Source: Bryobacterales bacterium (GTDB lineage: Bacteria > Acidobacteriota > Terriglobia > Bryobacterales > Bryobacteraceae). Taken from it: a DNA stretch of 64,000 nt. The position numbers were made by a program, and so were the translations under genes. This document shows, piece by piece, positions 30,226-39,455 of this stretch. Location of the stretch: positions 756,965 through 820,964 of the forward strand of contig CAVQAN010000009.1 in NCBI GenBank assembly GCA_963710565.1, read 5' to 3'. Each line of letters opens with the position of its first letter. Position 1 is the first letter of the stretch. Below the pieces are notes generated by a model. That model did not search any database. It saw nothing but the letters and a program-made list of their open reading frames with translations, and was not told where the DNA came from.

Positions 30226-30684
30226 CTATTCCCGCTCGTTGAGGCGCTTGCCCGGCGGCGGTTCCTTCCTCGGCTTCGATAACAGTGTCTTACCCAGCAG
30301 GAACGCCAGCGGGATCGCGGAACCCAGTAGGGCATACTTCAGCTTGCTCTTGGGGCGTTGGGGCGGCTCCGGTGGCAGTACGCCCTTGGCCGGATCCCTC
30401 TCGACCGGTCCTCCGAGGCGCATTTTCTCCCAGTCGTAGTAGAATTGCTTCCCGCATTCCAGGCAGACGACGTAGGTTTCGCCCGACGGACCCCCCGGCT
30501 TGCTCACTGGAGTGATGGGGCGAGTGAGCCGCCGATGCGGGCATCGAAACAGCAGGTCGGCAAGGACAGCGATCATAATTGGTCCGCTCTCACTATTGTC
30601 CCAGGATCGGGGAGCCGGTAGCGGGCTCCGCATTTGCAGGGGGTTGGGTACCGTGACTCTCACAGTACCCCAAGTGATTGACAT
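30226..30684 (-). CDS. Hypothetical zinc-ribbon-like protein with C-terminal TM helix
   Basis: CPHRRLTRPITPVSKPGGPSGETYVVCLECGKQFYYDWEKMRL (C-P-H…C-x2-C) then …KLKYALLGSAIPLAFLLGKTLL. Immediately downstream of the flotillin gene on the same strand. Confidence 0.35.
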   Translation of the reverse strand: MSITWGTVRVTVPNPLQMRSPLPAPRSWDNSESGPIMIAVLADLLFRCPHRRLTRPITPVSKPGGPSGETYVVCLECGKQFYYDWEKMRLGGPVERDPAKGVLPPEPPQRPKSKLKYALLGSAIPLAFLLGKTLLSKPRKEPPPGKRLNERE

Positions 30685-30752
30685 AAAAGCACAATCGTGA
30701 GGAACTGGAGTTTCAAAGGTTCGCGGAAGATAGCGAAAGGCGGGTCGGTCTC

Positions 30753-30989
30753 ATGTTGGATCTTCTGGAGCGGGACTCAAACACGTGGCACCGGATGAGA
30801 GAAGGAGCCTTCGAGAAGAAGCTGCTTTGCTTCGAGCTGGTTCCGAATCGAATCAACACCACGTCTGCCAACTTCACCATCTACCGCGCCAAGGTCCCAG
30901 GCGGCTGGCTCCTGGCCGTGCGCCCGCACGATAACCTGACGTTCGTTCCCGATCCACAACACGAGTGGGACGGCGGATCCGCCGAGTAG
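30753..30989 (+). CDS. Hypothetical 78-aa protein
   Basis: ORF MLDLLERDSNTWHRMREGAFEKKLLCFELVPNRINTTSANFTIYRAKVPGGWLLAVRPHDNLTFVPDPQHEWDGGSAE. Protein-like composition and moderate GC; no homolog recognised. Confidence 0.35.
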   Translation: MLDLLERDSNTWHRMREGAFEKKLLCFELVPNRINTTSANFTIYRAKVPGGWLLAVRPHDNLTFVPDPQHEWDGGSAE

Positions 30990-31007
30990 CCGCGCAGGCC
31001 ACCCGGT

Positions 31008-32993
31008 CTATGCGCCGGGAACATTCTCAGCAGCTTTGTCTTTCCCCGCAAGCTGGCGCATGAAGAGCGCCGCTACTCCCTCCAGCGTTCCACCGCCGTT
31101 GGCGCCCATCACCAGAGTGCTCGGCATGAACGGAACGCTGCTCCGGGCCAGGGCATCGATCGCATTCACCAGCGCCGTAGCGCTCTGCCCCAACGCCGCA
31201 ACCTGCCGCTCGTAGGATTCCGCCTTCGCCAGCCCGACCGCCCGGACCTGGGCGCCCTGCGCCGCGCCGGTCCGCTCGATGAAGGTCGCCTCTCCTTCGG
31301 CCTCTTTCTTCCGCGCCGCCGTCCGGTTCTCCTGAATGCCGACGCCCACCTGCGATTTCGCCAGATCGGCCTGCATGTCGGCGGTCCCCTTGGCCTTCTC
31401 CGTCTCGATGCGCTGGTCCTGGGCCGCCCGCTGCATCTTGAAGGTCTCGACTTCCTGGTTGGCGATTTCGCGCTCCGTCAGCACCTGCACCAGTTGTTCG
31501 GGCAGCACCACGGCCTGAATGTAAACCCCGCGTGTCTCCACCTTGTACTTCGCCAGCTCTTCCTTGACGTATTCGAAGGCGCCCTGCTGCACCGACTCGC
31601 GGCTGCTGATGAACTTCACTGCCGGCATGCCTTGCAGCTTGTTGCGGAAATGGTTCCCCACGGCCGCTTGCAGGATCTCGTTGACCAGGTTCGCCACGCT
31701 GCCAACCATGGAGATCACGTAGGGAGCCTGGGTGTCGGGAATGTGGATCTGCACCTGCAAATCCAGTGCGAACGCGAAGCCCTCGCTGCTTTTGGCCTCG
31801 ATCTGCTTGAGCTGCGCGTCCAGGTTGTGGGCCTGCGAGACCACGTCCGCCCAGTTGAGAGTGATGATAAACGTCGGAACGATGACCGCCTGGTAGCAGC
31901 GCGGGTTGATGGGGTACTTCCCGGTCCGCAGCGGCTCTTCCCAGATCCCGCGATGGCCCGGCCGCACCAGGCTGCCGAACTTGAATTCGGCGCCGGATGT
32001 GTCCTGAGTCGGCAGGCCGACGTAGGCCTTGATGACGCCAACCTGGCCCTGCTCCACCACCAGCATCGGAACTTCTTCCACCCGAACCAGAAACGGGTTG
32101 AGGTTGTAGGCTCCGTACAGAAGCGGGTCGTGTTGCAAGCCGATCCTGCCGCCCAGGTCGAGGAAGCGCTGGAAATCCTGATACCCGTTGTGCCTGTCGT
32201 TCTGGCTGCCCAGAATCGTTTCGATCAGCCGGGCATCGATCGGCTGTTCCGGGCCCGCTTCGGCTTCCAGCTTCTCGACGTCCGTATAGACGCCCAGGCG
32301 GCTGGCGATGTCGCCGGCGGGCAGAGGCTGGCCTTCCAGCGTGGTGACAATGCCGATGATGTCCACAACCCGGCCGCCGTCCGCGGGGCTGGGCGAGATG
32401 CGCGTCACATCGAGCTGCCTGTGCTCCAGGCCGAAGGCCACGAAGCTGAGCCCGCCCTCCCGGTCGGCGAGTTTGCGCATTTCGGAGGAAACGGGCACGC
32501 CGAAAACGTGGGGCTTGGTGATGACGAGAAACGCCACCGGATGGATGGGCGCGAGAGTTCCGGGCGACAGAACAGGCCGTTGAACGCCCTTCTGTCCGCC
32601 CATCTCGACGAACGCCCGCAGGTCCGTAAAATTGCCGAACTCGGGCCGGAACACCCCCGATTTGGCGCCGATCGGCAGCGGCTGTCCTACTTGGGCAATC
32701 ACGACGCCAATCTGCCCGGCTGGGACCTGCACCCAGGGATGCTTCGTCACGGCGTAGAGCAGGCAGAACCGGAATCGCAGCCCCGGCATCAGCATCTCCG
32801 CCTGGTAGCCGGCTTCTCCGCGTAAAGCGATCGGGTTGTCTCCGGGGAGTTTCGCGCCGAATCGCTTTCGGAGCAAACCGACTTCAGTGGGCCCGATGCT
32901 GTAAATCGACTTGAAGAAGAGGAACAGAACGACGAATACTCCCGCCGCTTCCGCGGCCTTGACCAGCAATTGCGACAGGTTGAGCGGTTCCAT
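31008..32993 (-). CDS. Flotillin-like SPFH/Band-7 family membrane protein (YqiK-like)
   Basis: 661 aa. N-terminal TM helix, SPFH domain, long charged coiled-coil (…EREIANQEVETFKMQRAAQDQRIETEKAKGTADMQADLAKSQ…), C-terminal Ala/Gly-rich tail. Overall flotillin/YqiK architecture. Confidence 0.75.
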   Translation of the reverse strand: MEPLNLSQLLVKAAEAAGVFVVLFLFFKSIYSIGPTEVGLLRKRFGAKLPGDNPIALRGEAGYQAEMLMPGLRFRFCLLYAVTKHPWVQVPAGQIGVVIAQVGQPLPIGAKSGVFRPEFGNFTDLRAFVEMGGQKGVQRPVLSPGTLAPIHPVAFLVITKPHVFGVPVSSEMRKLADREGGLSFVAFGLEHRQLDVTRISPSPADGGRVVDIIGIVTTLEGQPLPAGDIASRLGVYTDVEKLEAEAGPEQPIDARLIETILGSQNDRHNGYQDFQRFLDLGGRIGLQHDPLLYGAYNLNPFLVRVEEVPMLVVEQGQVGVIKAYVGLPTQDTSGAEFKFGSLVRPGHRGIWEEPLRTGKYPINPRCYQAVIVPTFIITLNWADVVSQAHNLDAQLKQIEAKSSEGFAFALDLQVQIHIPDTQAPYVISMVGSVANLVNEILQAAVGNHFRNKLQGMPAVKFISSRESVQQGAFEYVKEELAKYKVETRGVYIQAVVLPEQLVQVLTEREIANQEVETFKMQRAAQDQRIETEKAKGTADMQADLAKSQVGVGIQENRTAARKKEAEGEATFIERTGAAQGAQVRAVGLAKAESYERQVAALGQSATALVNAIDALARSSVPFMPSTLVMGANGGGTLEGVAALFMRQLAGKDKAAENVPGA

Positions 32994-33083
32994 ATTCGGG
33001 AGCCCCTTTCGGCTCCAGCCGAGTATATCCCATCCACAGCCGAGTCAGATGCCGCTGGGTGGGAACGTGCTCGGGCAGGGGCG

Positions 33084-34037
33084 CTACGCCCGCAAGCGCA
33101 ACGCCTCGAACATCGGAATCAGGCGGAACTCTGTCTGGACCGCGCGCACCGGCTCGCCGATCTGGTGCACATTCGCCGCTTGGGCTTGCCCGTTGTCTTC
33201 GGTCATCTGCAGGTAGGGGATGAGTTTGGGGTCGATGCGCATGATGCGGCAGCAGGTGGCGTCCACGGCGACGCGATCCGCGCCTCCGACGATCACGCCT
33301 GCCGCTTTCGGGGTCCCCTGGATGGGGCCGTTCCCCTCCATGCCCACGATGCCGTCCACGATCGCGAACGTGCGCGGGAACAAGCCGTGCAAGTCGGCGA
33401 TGCACTCCTCGATCCCGGCCCAGTGCAGCACGTTCTTCGGCCAGCCGTAGACGCCTCCCGGAACGAGCCCGAAGAGGTTCTTCATGCTGAGCGTGGCGCC
33501 CACCCAGTGGTGGCACTTCATCTTGGGCATAGAGACCAGCAGGTCCGCGGCCAGCGCCGTCCGCGGAAGGTAGTAGGACTTGATGCGTGAACGGGCGCCG
33601 GACACGCGCACCCGGGCCACCTCATCGAGATTGAGGTCCGTGAAGAGGGTCTCGAACCGCGGGATGGCCTGGAAGTATCCCGCCGCCTCGGCCAGTTCGA
33701 GCGTGTTGCGGCGGTGGCCCGGGCCTTCGGCGATGCGCACCTCGGCTGCACCAAGCGAGCGAAATGCCTCCAGGGCCGCGGCCACCACTACCGGATGCGT
33801 GTTGATGGTGGTGCCGGGGTCGAACTCGACCAGGTTCGGCTTTAGCACGACCCGCTTGCCGCGGACCTCGACCTTGTGCTCGGCCAGAAGCCGCCGGATC
33901 GGATCCAGCAGATCCTGGGAATACGAAGCGGCGCGCAGGATCGAAACCAGGGGCGCGGGGCCGTGCATCCGCGCGCAGCCCGCGAGAGCCCCGGCCGCGG
34001 CGCCCGCCAAAACCTGCCGCCGGGTCGGAGCGCTCAT
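33084..34037 (-). CDS. DUF362 domain protein with Tat-type signal peptide
   Basis: MSAPTRRQVLAGAAAGALAGCA (RR motif) then …VVLKPNLVEFDPGTTINTHPVVVAAALEAFRSLGAAEVRIAEGPG…CHHWVGATLSMKNLFGLVPG…VDGIVGMEGNGPIQGTP… DUF362 pattern. Start is residue 215 of ORF 33084..34679. Confidence 0.7.
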   Translation of the reverse strand: MSAPTRRQVLAGAAAGALAGCARMHGPAPLVSILRAASYSQDLLDPIRRLLAEHKVEVRGKRVVLKPNLVEFDPGTTINTHPVVVAAALEAFRSLGAAEVRIAEGPGHRRNTLELAEAAGYFQAIPRFETLFTDLNLDEVARVRVSGARSRIKSYYLPRTALAADLLVSMPKMKCHHWVGATLSMKNLFGLVPGGVYGWPKNVLHWAGIEECIADLHGLFPRTFAIVDGIVGMEGNGPIQGTPKAAGVIVGGADRVAVDATCCRIMRIDPKLIPYLQMTEDNGQAQAANVHQIGEPVRAVQTEFRLIPMFEALRLRA

Positions 34038-34909
34038 GGGGCGGCCTCCAGGAAGGCGTTCCGGCCCTCGCCCGCGCGGCGCGCCAGGATGGCGAGCGCC
34101 GTGTCGAGGAGAGTGCGGGCGGGGATGTCCGCCGGAATTGCGGGTGCGGGACGGCCCTGCGCCATCAGACCAAGCTGAAGCCAGCTCAGCCCCTCGAGCG
34201 ACCGGCAATTGCGGAAGTGCTCCTCGGCTTTGGCGACGGATTTCGCGAGCAGGGCCGGGTCGGCGCCGTGCAGCGCCAGAAGAGCGATGCCGGTGGTCTC
34301 GGGATACGAGACCGCCTGGAAGCCGAGTGCCCCTGTCGAGCCGTGGTTCCAGCCGCCATCCCCGCAGACGTGGCCCAGCAGGAAGTGACGGCCCTGGTCG
34401 ATCCGCTGGCGGATCCGGGGCTCCGGGTAGCGATGCTCGATCTTGTGGAGCGCCAGCACGGTGAGCGAAGTTGGCACCACCCAAGCGGCCGTGCCCGGAT
34501 ACCACGACCAGCCCGGGAGGCCTTCCTCCATGGCCTGGGGCCGGTCGTTGTTCATCCATTTCCGGAGCCGGTAAATGAAGCTCGATTCTTCGCCGCTCTG
34601 TGCCAGGAGCCAATCCACGGCGCGGCGGGCGGCGTCTTCGGGACCGGTCCCGGCCAGGACCGCCAGCGCCGTCACCCAAGTGCTCTCCTCAACGGACGGC
34701 CGCGGCGCGAAGCCGCCGTCTCCGCGCTGATTGCCCGCCAGAAACCGGCGTGCCCGGCCGGCAGCCGGCCCGGCATCGGGTTGCCCATCGAGGGCCAACA
34801 GCGCGTAGGCGGTGGGCTCGGTCCAGGACGAGCCGTCCCGGTATCCCCAGCCGCCATCCGGGTTCTGCACAGCCAGCAGGGTTTTCTCGTTCTCCATCAA
34901 CCCCAACAA
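34034..34909 (-). CDS. Prenyltransferase / squalene-cyclase-repeat (alpha-alpha toroid) protein
   Basis: …VQNPDGGWGYRDGSSWTEPTAYALLAL…NQRGDGGFAPRP…VCGDGGWNHGSTG…TTGIALLAL… repeated QW-like motifs with DGGW. 4-nt overlap with the DUF362 gene start. Confidence 0.6.
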   Translation of the reverse strand: MLGLMENEKTLLAVQNPDGGWGYRDGSSWTEPTAYALLALDGQPDAGPAAGRARRFLAGNQRGDGGFAPRPSVEESTWVTALAVLAGTGPEDAARRAVDWLLAQSGEESSFIYRLRKWMNNDRPQAMEEGLPGWSWYPGTAAWVVPTSLTVLALHKIEHRYPEPRIRQRIDQGRHFLLGHVCGDGGWNHGSTGALGFQAVSYPETTGIALLALHGADPALLAKSVAKAEEHFRNCRSLEGLSWLQLGLMAQGRPAPAIPADIPARTLLDTALAILARRAGEGRNAFLEAAP

Positions 34910-34957
34910 GCTTACACCACCGGCTGTGGCCGGGGCTCTGCGCTCCGCTCTTGGCCC

Positions 34958-35510
34958 CTATGGCGCGAAATACCCGTTGATGTCCAGAATCACGTGCGTC
35001 GGGTCCGTCACGTAGACGCTGATCGCCCCGCTCGTCCCCGCCGGCACGATCGCCGCGTTCGCCACCACGCTGCCGTCCCACGAGTTCAACGTCGAAACGT
35101 TCGGCTGCGACGACCCTGTTGCCCACGCCGAGAGATACGAGAGCCGCGCATCGGGCACCACCGTCAGGTTCAGCGAGTACGCCGCCGCCGTCGACGGAAT
35201 GTTGCAGGCGCTGGCCGGGATCGCAAATGAGCGCGCGGTGGCCGCAGCCATCTCCGGCCCTCCGAACGGACCCGCGGGGTTGCGCGTGTCCGCCACGCGG
35301 CACGGCGTCACCGGATAGAAGTTCAGCGCCCCCGGACTCCCCGGCGCCGCGAAGTAGCCGTTGCCGTCCAGAATCACGTCCGTCGCGTTCGAAACGTACA
35401 CGGAGATCGACTCATTCGTCCCTGCCGGGACGATCGCGGCGTTCGCCACCACCTTGCCCGTCCAGGAGTTCAGCGTCGACGCCACCGGCGGCGCCTGCCC
35501 CGTCGGCCAG
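34958..35510. repeat. ~0.55-kb near-identical DNA repeat: 3' end of paralog B, duplicated in paralog C (offset 3945)
   Basis: Off-frame ORFs 35119..35550 and 39064..39495 translate almost identically. ORF 34217..35230 ends like 38939.. begins. Read directly: >95% identity over the first ~550 nt, lower beyond. Confidence 0.75.
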
Positions 35511-38500
35511 GTGGTCAGGTAGCCCAAGTACCCGGCGGGTACCACTGTGACATTCAGCGAGTACGCCCGCGCCGTGGCCGGAAGGCCGCAGGAACTCAGG
35601 GGAATGGGAAAGTCCCGGGTCTGGCCACCGTACATAGACGGCCCGCCAAACTGGCCCGTGGGGCCCCGCGTGTCGGCGATGCGGCAGGGCGTGGCGGGAT
35701 AGAACGCATACGAGATCACGGCGCTGGGGGAATCGAAGTAGCCGTTGATGTCCAGGATCACGTCGGTCTGATCAGTGACATACACGCTAACCGCCCCACC
35801 CAAACCGGCCGGCACGATGGCCGCATTGGCCACCACGATCCCGCCCCAGGAGTTCAGAGTCGAGACCAGGGGTTGGACCTGGCCCCGCGGCCACAGCGTC
35901 AAGTAGACCAGCGGCCCGGCGGGCACCACGGTCACGTTCAACGAATACGCCTGGGCCGTCGCCGGAATGCCGCATCCGCTTTGCGGTACGCCGAAGGAAC
36001 GCCAGGAACCGGCTGTCATGGCCGGTCCGCCGAACGGCCCAACCGCGCCCCGCGTGTCCGCCACGCGGCAAGGGACTACGGGTATGAACTGCAGGCCCGC
36101 CGGCGCAGTGCCGGTCGTGAAGGACCAGGTCCCGGAATTGCCGAAACCGAAGCTGTTCAGGGCCACAATCCGCCAGTAGTAGGTGGTGTTCGGGCTGAGC
36201 GTGCCCGGGGCGTAGCTGGTGCCCGTCGTGTTGGCCACCCAGAGCGGCGTAGACGCGGTTCCAAAGTAGACGTCGTAGGACATGGCCCCACCCGAGGGGT
36301 TCCACAGCAAAGCTGAGGCGACCGGAACGCCGGTAGCTCCGTTCGGGGGAGAGACCAGAACCGGTGCTTCGGGAGCGGGTATTTCCGTCGTGAACGACCA
36401 TGTGGCCGAACTCGCCGAGTCGGTTCCGTTTCTGGCGACGACCTGCCAGCGGTAGGTAGTGCCCGCCGTCAGCCCCGCGACGCTGCAACTCGTTCCCATC
36501 GCGGTACAGGCCAAGACCAGCGGGGTCGTAGTGCCCAGGTAAACGTCGTAGGAAGCGGCTCCGGGCGAAGCGTTCCAACTCAGGGTTGGCGCCAAGGAGA
36601 CGCCCGTAGCGCCGTCGGCAGGCGCAGTGAGAACCGGCGCGGCAAGGGCGGGATAGGCTGACAGCTTGGTCACGAAGGCGTCGTATTCTCCGCCGCCGTT
36701 TGTCGTCTGAAACGCCGACTGAGTGGGAAAGTCGGTCGATTGGGTGTGCCCCGTAACGTAGGCCGCGCCCGGTCCGTCCAGCGCGATCCCTAGACCCGCG
36801 TCATCGCCGTTCCCACCCAGATACGTGCAATAGATCACCGCGTTGCCCGCCGGCGTCAGTTCCGCCACGAAAGCGTCCCAAGCGCCTCCCTGGAATGTCG
36901 CCTGGTACGCAGACTGGGTGGGGAAGTTGCTCGAAGCGGTTTGTCCCGCAATGTAGGCCGAGCCCATCCCGTCTACCGCGATCCCGTTGGCCTCATCATG
37001 GTCACTTCCACCCAGGTACGTGGAGTACAGGCAGCGCGTTACCCGACGGCGTCAGTTTCGTCACGAAGGCGTCCCAGGTTCCTCCCTGGAGTGTCGCCTG
37101 GTACGGCGACTGGGTGGGGAAGTTGGTGGAGGTGGTCTCCCCCGCCACGTAGGCCGAGCCCGCACCGTCCACCGCGATCGCCGAAGGCCTGATCGCTCCC
37201 ATTCCCGCCCAGGTAAGTGGAGTAGGACCAGCGCGTTGCCCGCCGGCGTCAGTTTCGTCACGAAAGCGTCGCAATCGCCTCCCTGGAATGTCGCCTGGTA
37301 CGCCGACTGGGTGGGGAAATTGGTCGAATAGGTAAACCCAGTGACGTAGGCCGAGCCCGCCGCGTCCACCGCGATCCCGTTGCCCTCATCATCCTTGCTT
37401 CCACCCAGGTACGTGGAGTAGACCAGCGCGTTGCCCGCCGGCGTCAGTTTCGTCACGAAAGCGTCGGCATATCCGCCTTGGTATGTCGCCTGGTACGGCG
37501 ACTGGGTGGGGAAGTTGGTCGAATCGGTGCGCCCCGTGACGTAGGCCGAGCCCGCCCGTCCACCGCGATCCCCTGGGCACATGTCGTCGTCGCTTCCACC
37601 CAGGTAGGTGGAGTAGACCAGCGCGTTGCCCGCCGGCGTCAGTTTCGTCACGAAAGCGTCGTAAGCCTCCTCCCTGGTTTGTCGCCTGGTACGGCGACTG
37701 GGTGGGGAAGTTGGTCGAAGAGGTGTACCCCGTGACGTAGGCCGAGCCCGCCCCGTCCACCGCGATCCCGTCGCCCTGGTCACTGCCGCTTCCACCCAGG
37801 TAGGTGGAGTAGACCAGCGCGTTGCCCGCCGGCGTCAGTTTCGTCACGAAAGCCGTGCTGCCGCTCCCCGTATGTCGCCTGGTACGGCGACTGGGTGGGG
37901 AAGTTGGTCGAGCCGGTGCTCCCCGTGACGTAGGCCGAGCCCGCCCCGTCCACCGCGATCCCGTAGCCCAGCTCATAGTCGCTGCCACCCAGGTAGGTGG
38001 AGTAGACCAGCACCACCGGGTCGATGCGCAACTCCCGCTTCCGGTCGTACTTCGCCAGTTCGAAGCTCACCCGGTTGCGCGCCACGATCGCGTACCGCGC
38101 CCCCACCTCCACCCGCTTCCCGCCGATCTCCTGATACACCCGCGGCTTCTGCTGCCGCACCTCGCCCAGCGCCGTCCGCAGCACCAGGTCGCCGCCCGCC
38201 TCCACTCCCAGCGACTCCACTCCCTCGTAGGCCACCTGGATCTGCTTCGCATCCGCTCCCGGCGCCACCACGAAGTCGTACTCCAACTGCCGCTGGTTGC
38301 CGTACCACACCAGGTCGATGCCTGGGTACACGCCCTCGTACTGGATGCGCGCGTAATGCGGCACGTCCGTGCGCCACTTCTTCGGGTCGTTGCCGATGAA
38401 ATAGTTGCTGATGCCAGGTAGCTTCTCCAACCCGATCACCTGCCGCGGCTGCCCCGCTCCCGCCAGCTTCATCCGCACCACTGCCTGCTCGACTTGGCTG

Positions 38501-38849
38501 CTTGCCGCCGCTCGTGCGGCAACGCCTTGGGATCCCGCCGCTCCCCCGGCTGAGCAGCATGCACCGCTTCGGTATCGGTGAAGAAGGCCGTCATCCCGCC
38601 GCCGCGTGCCAGAAAACGCACCCGTGCATCGGTTTGCCCCAGGTTGGGCTCGAACGCTAGCGGCAGCTTCCCGTAACCCTCGGCCACCTGAGGCCTGCCG
38701 GCAGCGTCCCCGGCCAGGAACCGCGGTCCCGCGGGCAGCCTGGGCAGCGATAACAGCTTGCCCGTGGCCACCGTAAACTGAGCGCTCGCGGCGCCCGACA
38801 GCGCCAGCAGAGTGCCGGCGGTCCTAGCAACCGATGACAGCCTGGCCAC
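34958..38849 (-). CDS. Paralog B of the tri-module family: signal peptide + Acidobacteria-type N-domain + SBBP beta-propeller repeats + 2 Fn3 + 3 C-terminal modules. At least 4 apparent frameshifts between ~37000 and ~38500
   Basis: N-terminus [24 protein letters not shown]…[13 protein letters not shown] (ORF 38469..38849). …[55 protein letters not shown]… (ORF 37780..38481). SBBP repeats ([47 protein letters not shown]) are spread over ORFs 37389..37988, 37061..37795, 37002..37274 and 34958..36967. The last ORF also holds Fn3 (…SWNA..GA.SYDVY.G…[10 protein letters not shown]) and three PCRVADTR modules. Confidence 0.7.
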
Positions 38850-38902
38850 AGCTAAGCTCCTCCCTCACGAATCTGCATTGAGGCTCTCCGATTGAAGACA
38901 AC

Positions 38903-39455
38903 TCATGGCGCGAAGTACCCGTTGATGTCCAGAATCACGTGCGTCGGGTCGGTCACGTAGACGCTGATCGCCCCGCTCGTCCCCGCCGGCACGATCGCCG
39001 CGTTCGCCACCACGCTGCCGTCCCACGAGTTCAACGTCGAAACGTTCGGCTGCGCCGACCCTGTTGCCCACGCCGAGAGATACGAGAGCCGCGCGTCGGG
39101 CACCACCGTCAGGTTCAGCGAGTACGCCGCCGCCGTCGACGGAATGTTGCAGGCGCTGGCCGGGATCGCAAAGGAGCGCGTGGTGGCCGCAGCCATCTCC
39201 GGCCCTCCGAACGGACCCGCGGGGTTGCGCGTGTCCGCCACCCGGCACGGTGTCACGGGATAGAACGTCAGCGCCCCCGTACTCCCCGGCGCCGCGAAGT
39301 AGCCGTTGCCGTCCAGAATCACGTCCGTCGGGTTCGAAACGTACACGGAGATCGACTCATTCGTCCCTGCCGGGACGATGGCGGCGTTCGCCACCACCTT
39401 GCCCGTCCAGGAGTTCAGCGTCGACGCCACCGGCGGCGCCTGTCCCGTCGGCCAC
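38903..39455. repeat. Second copy of the ~0.55-kb near-identical repeat (3' end of paralog C)
   Basis: See 34958..35510. Confidence 0.75.
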
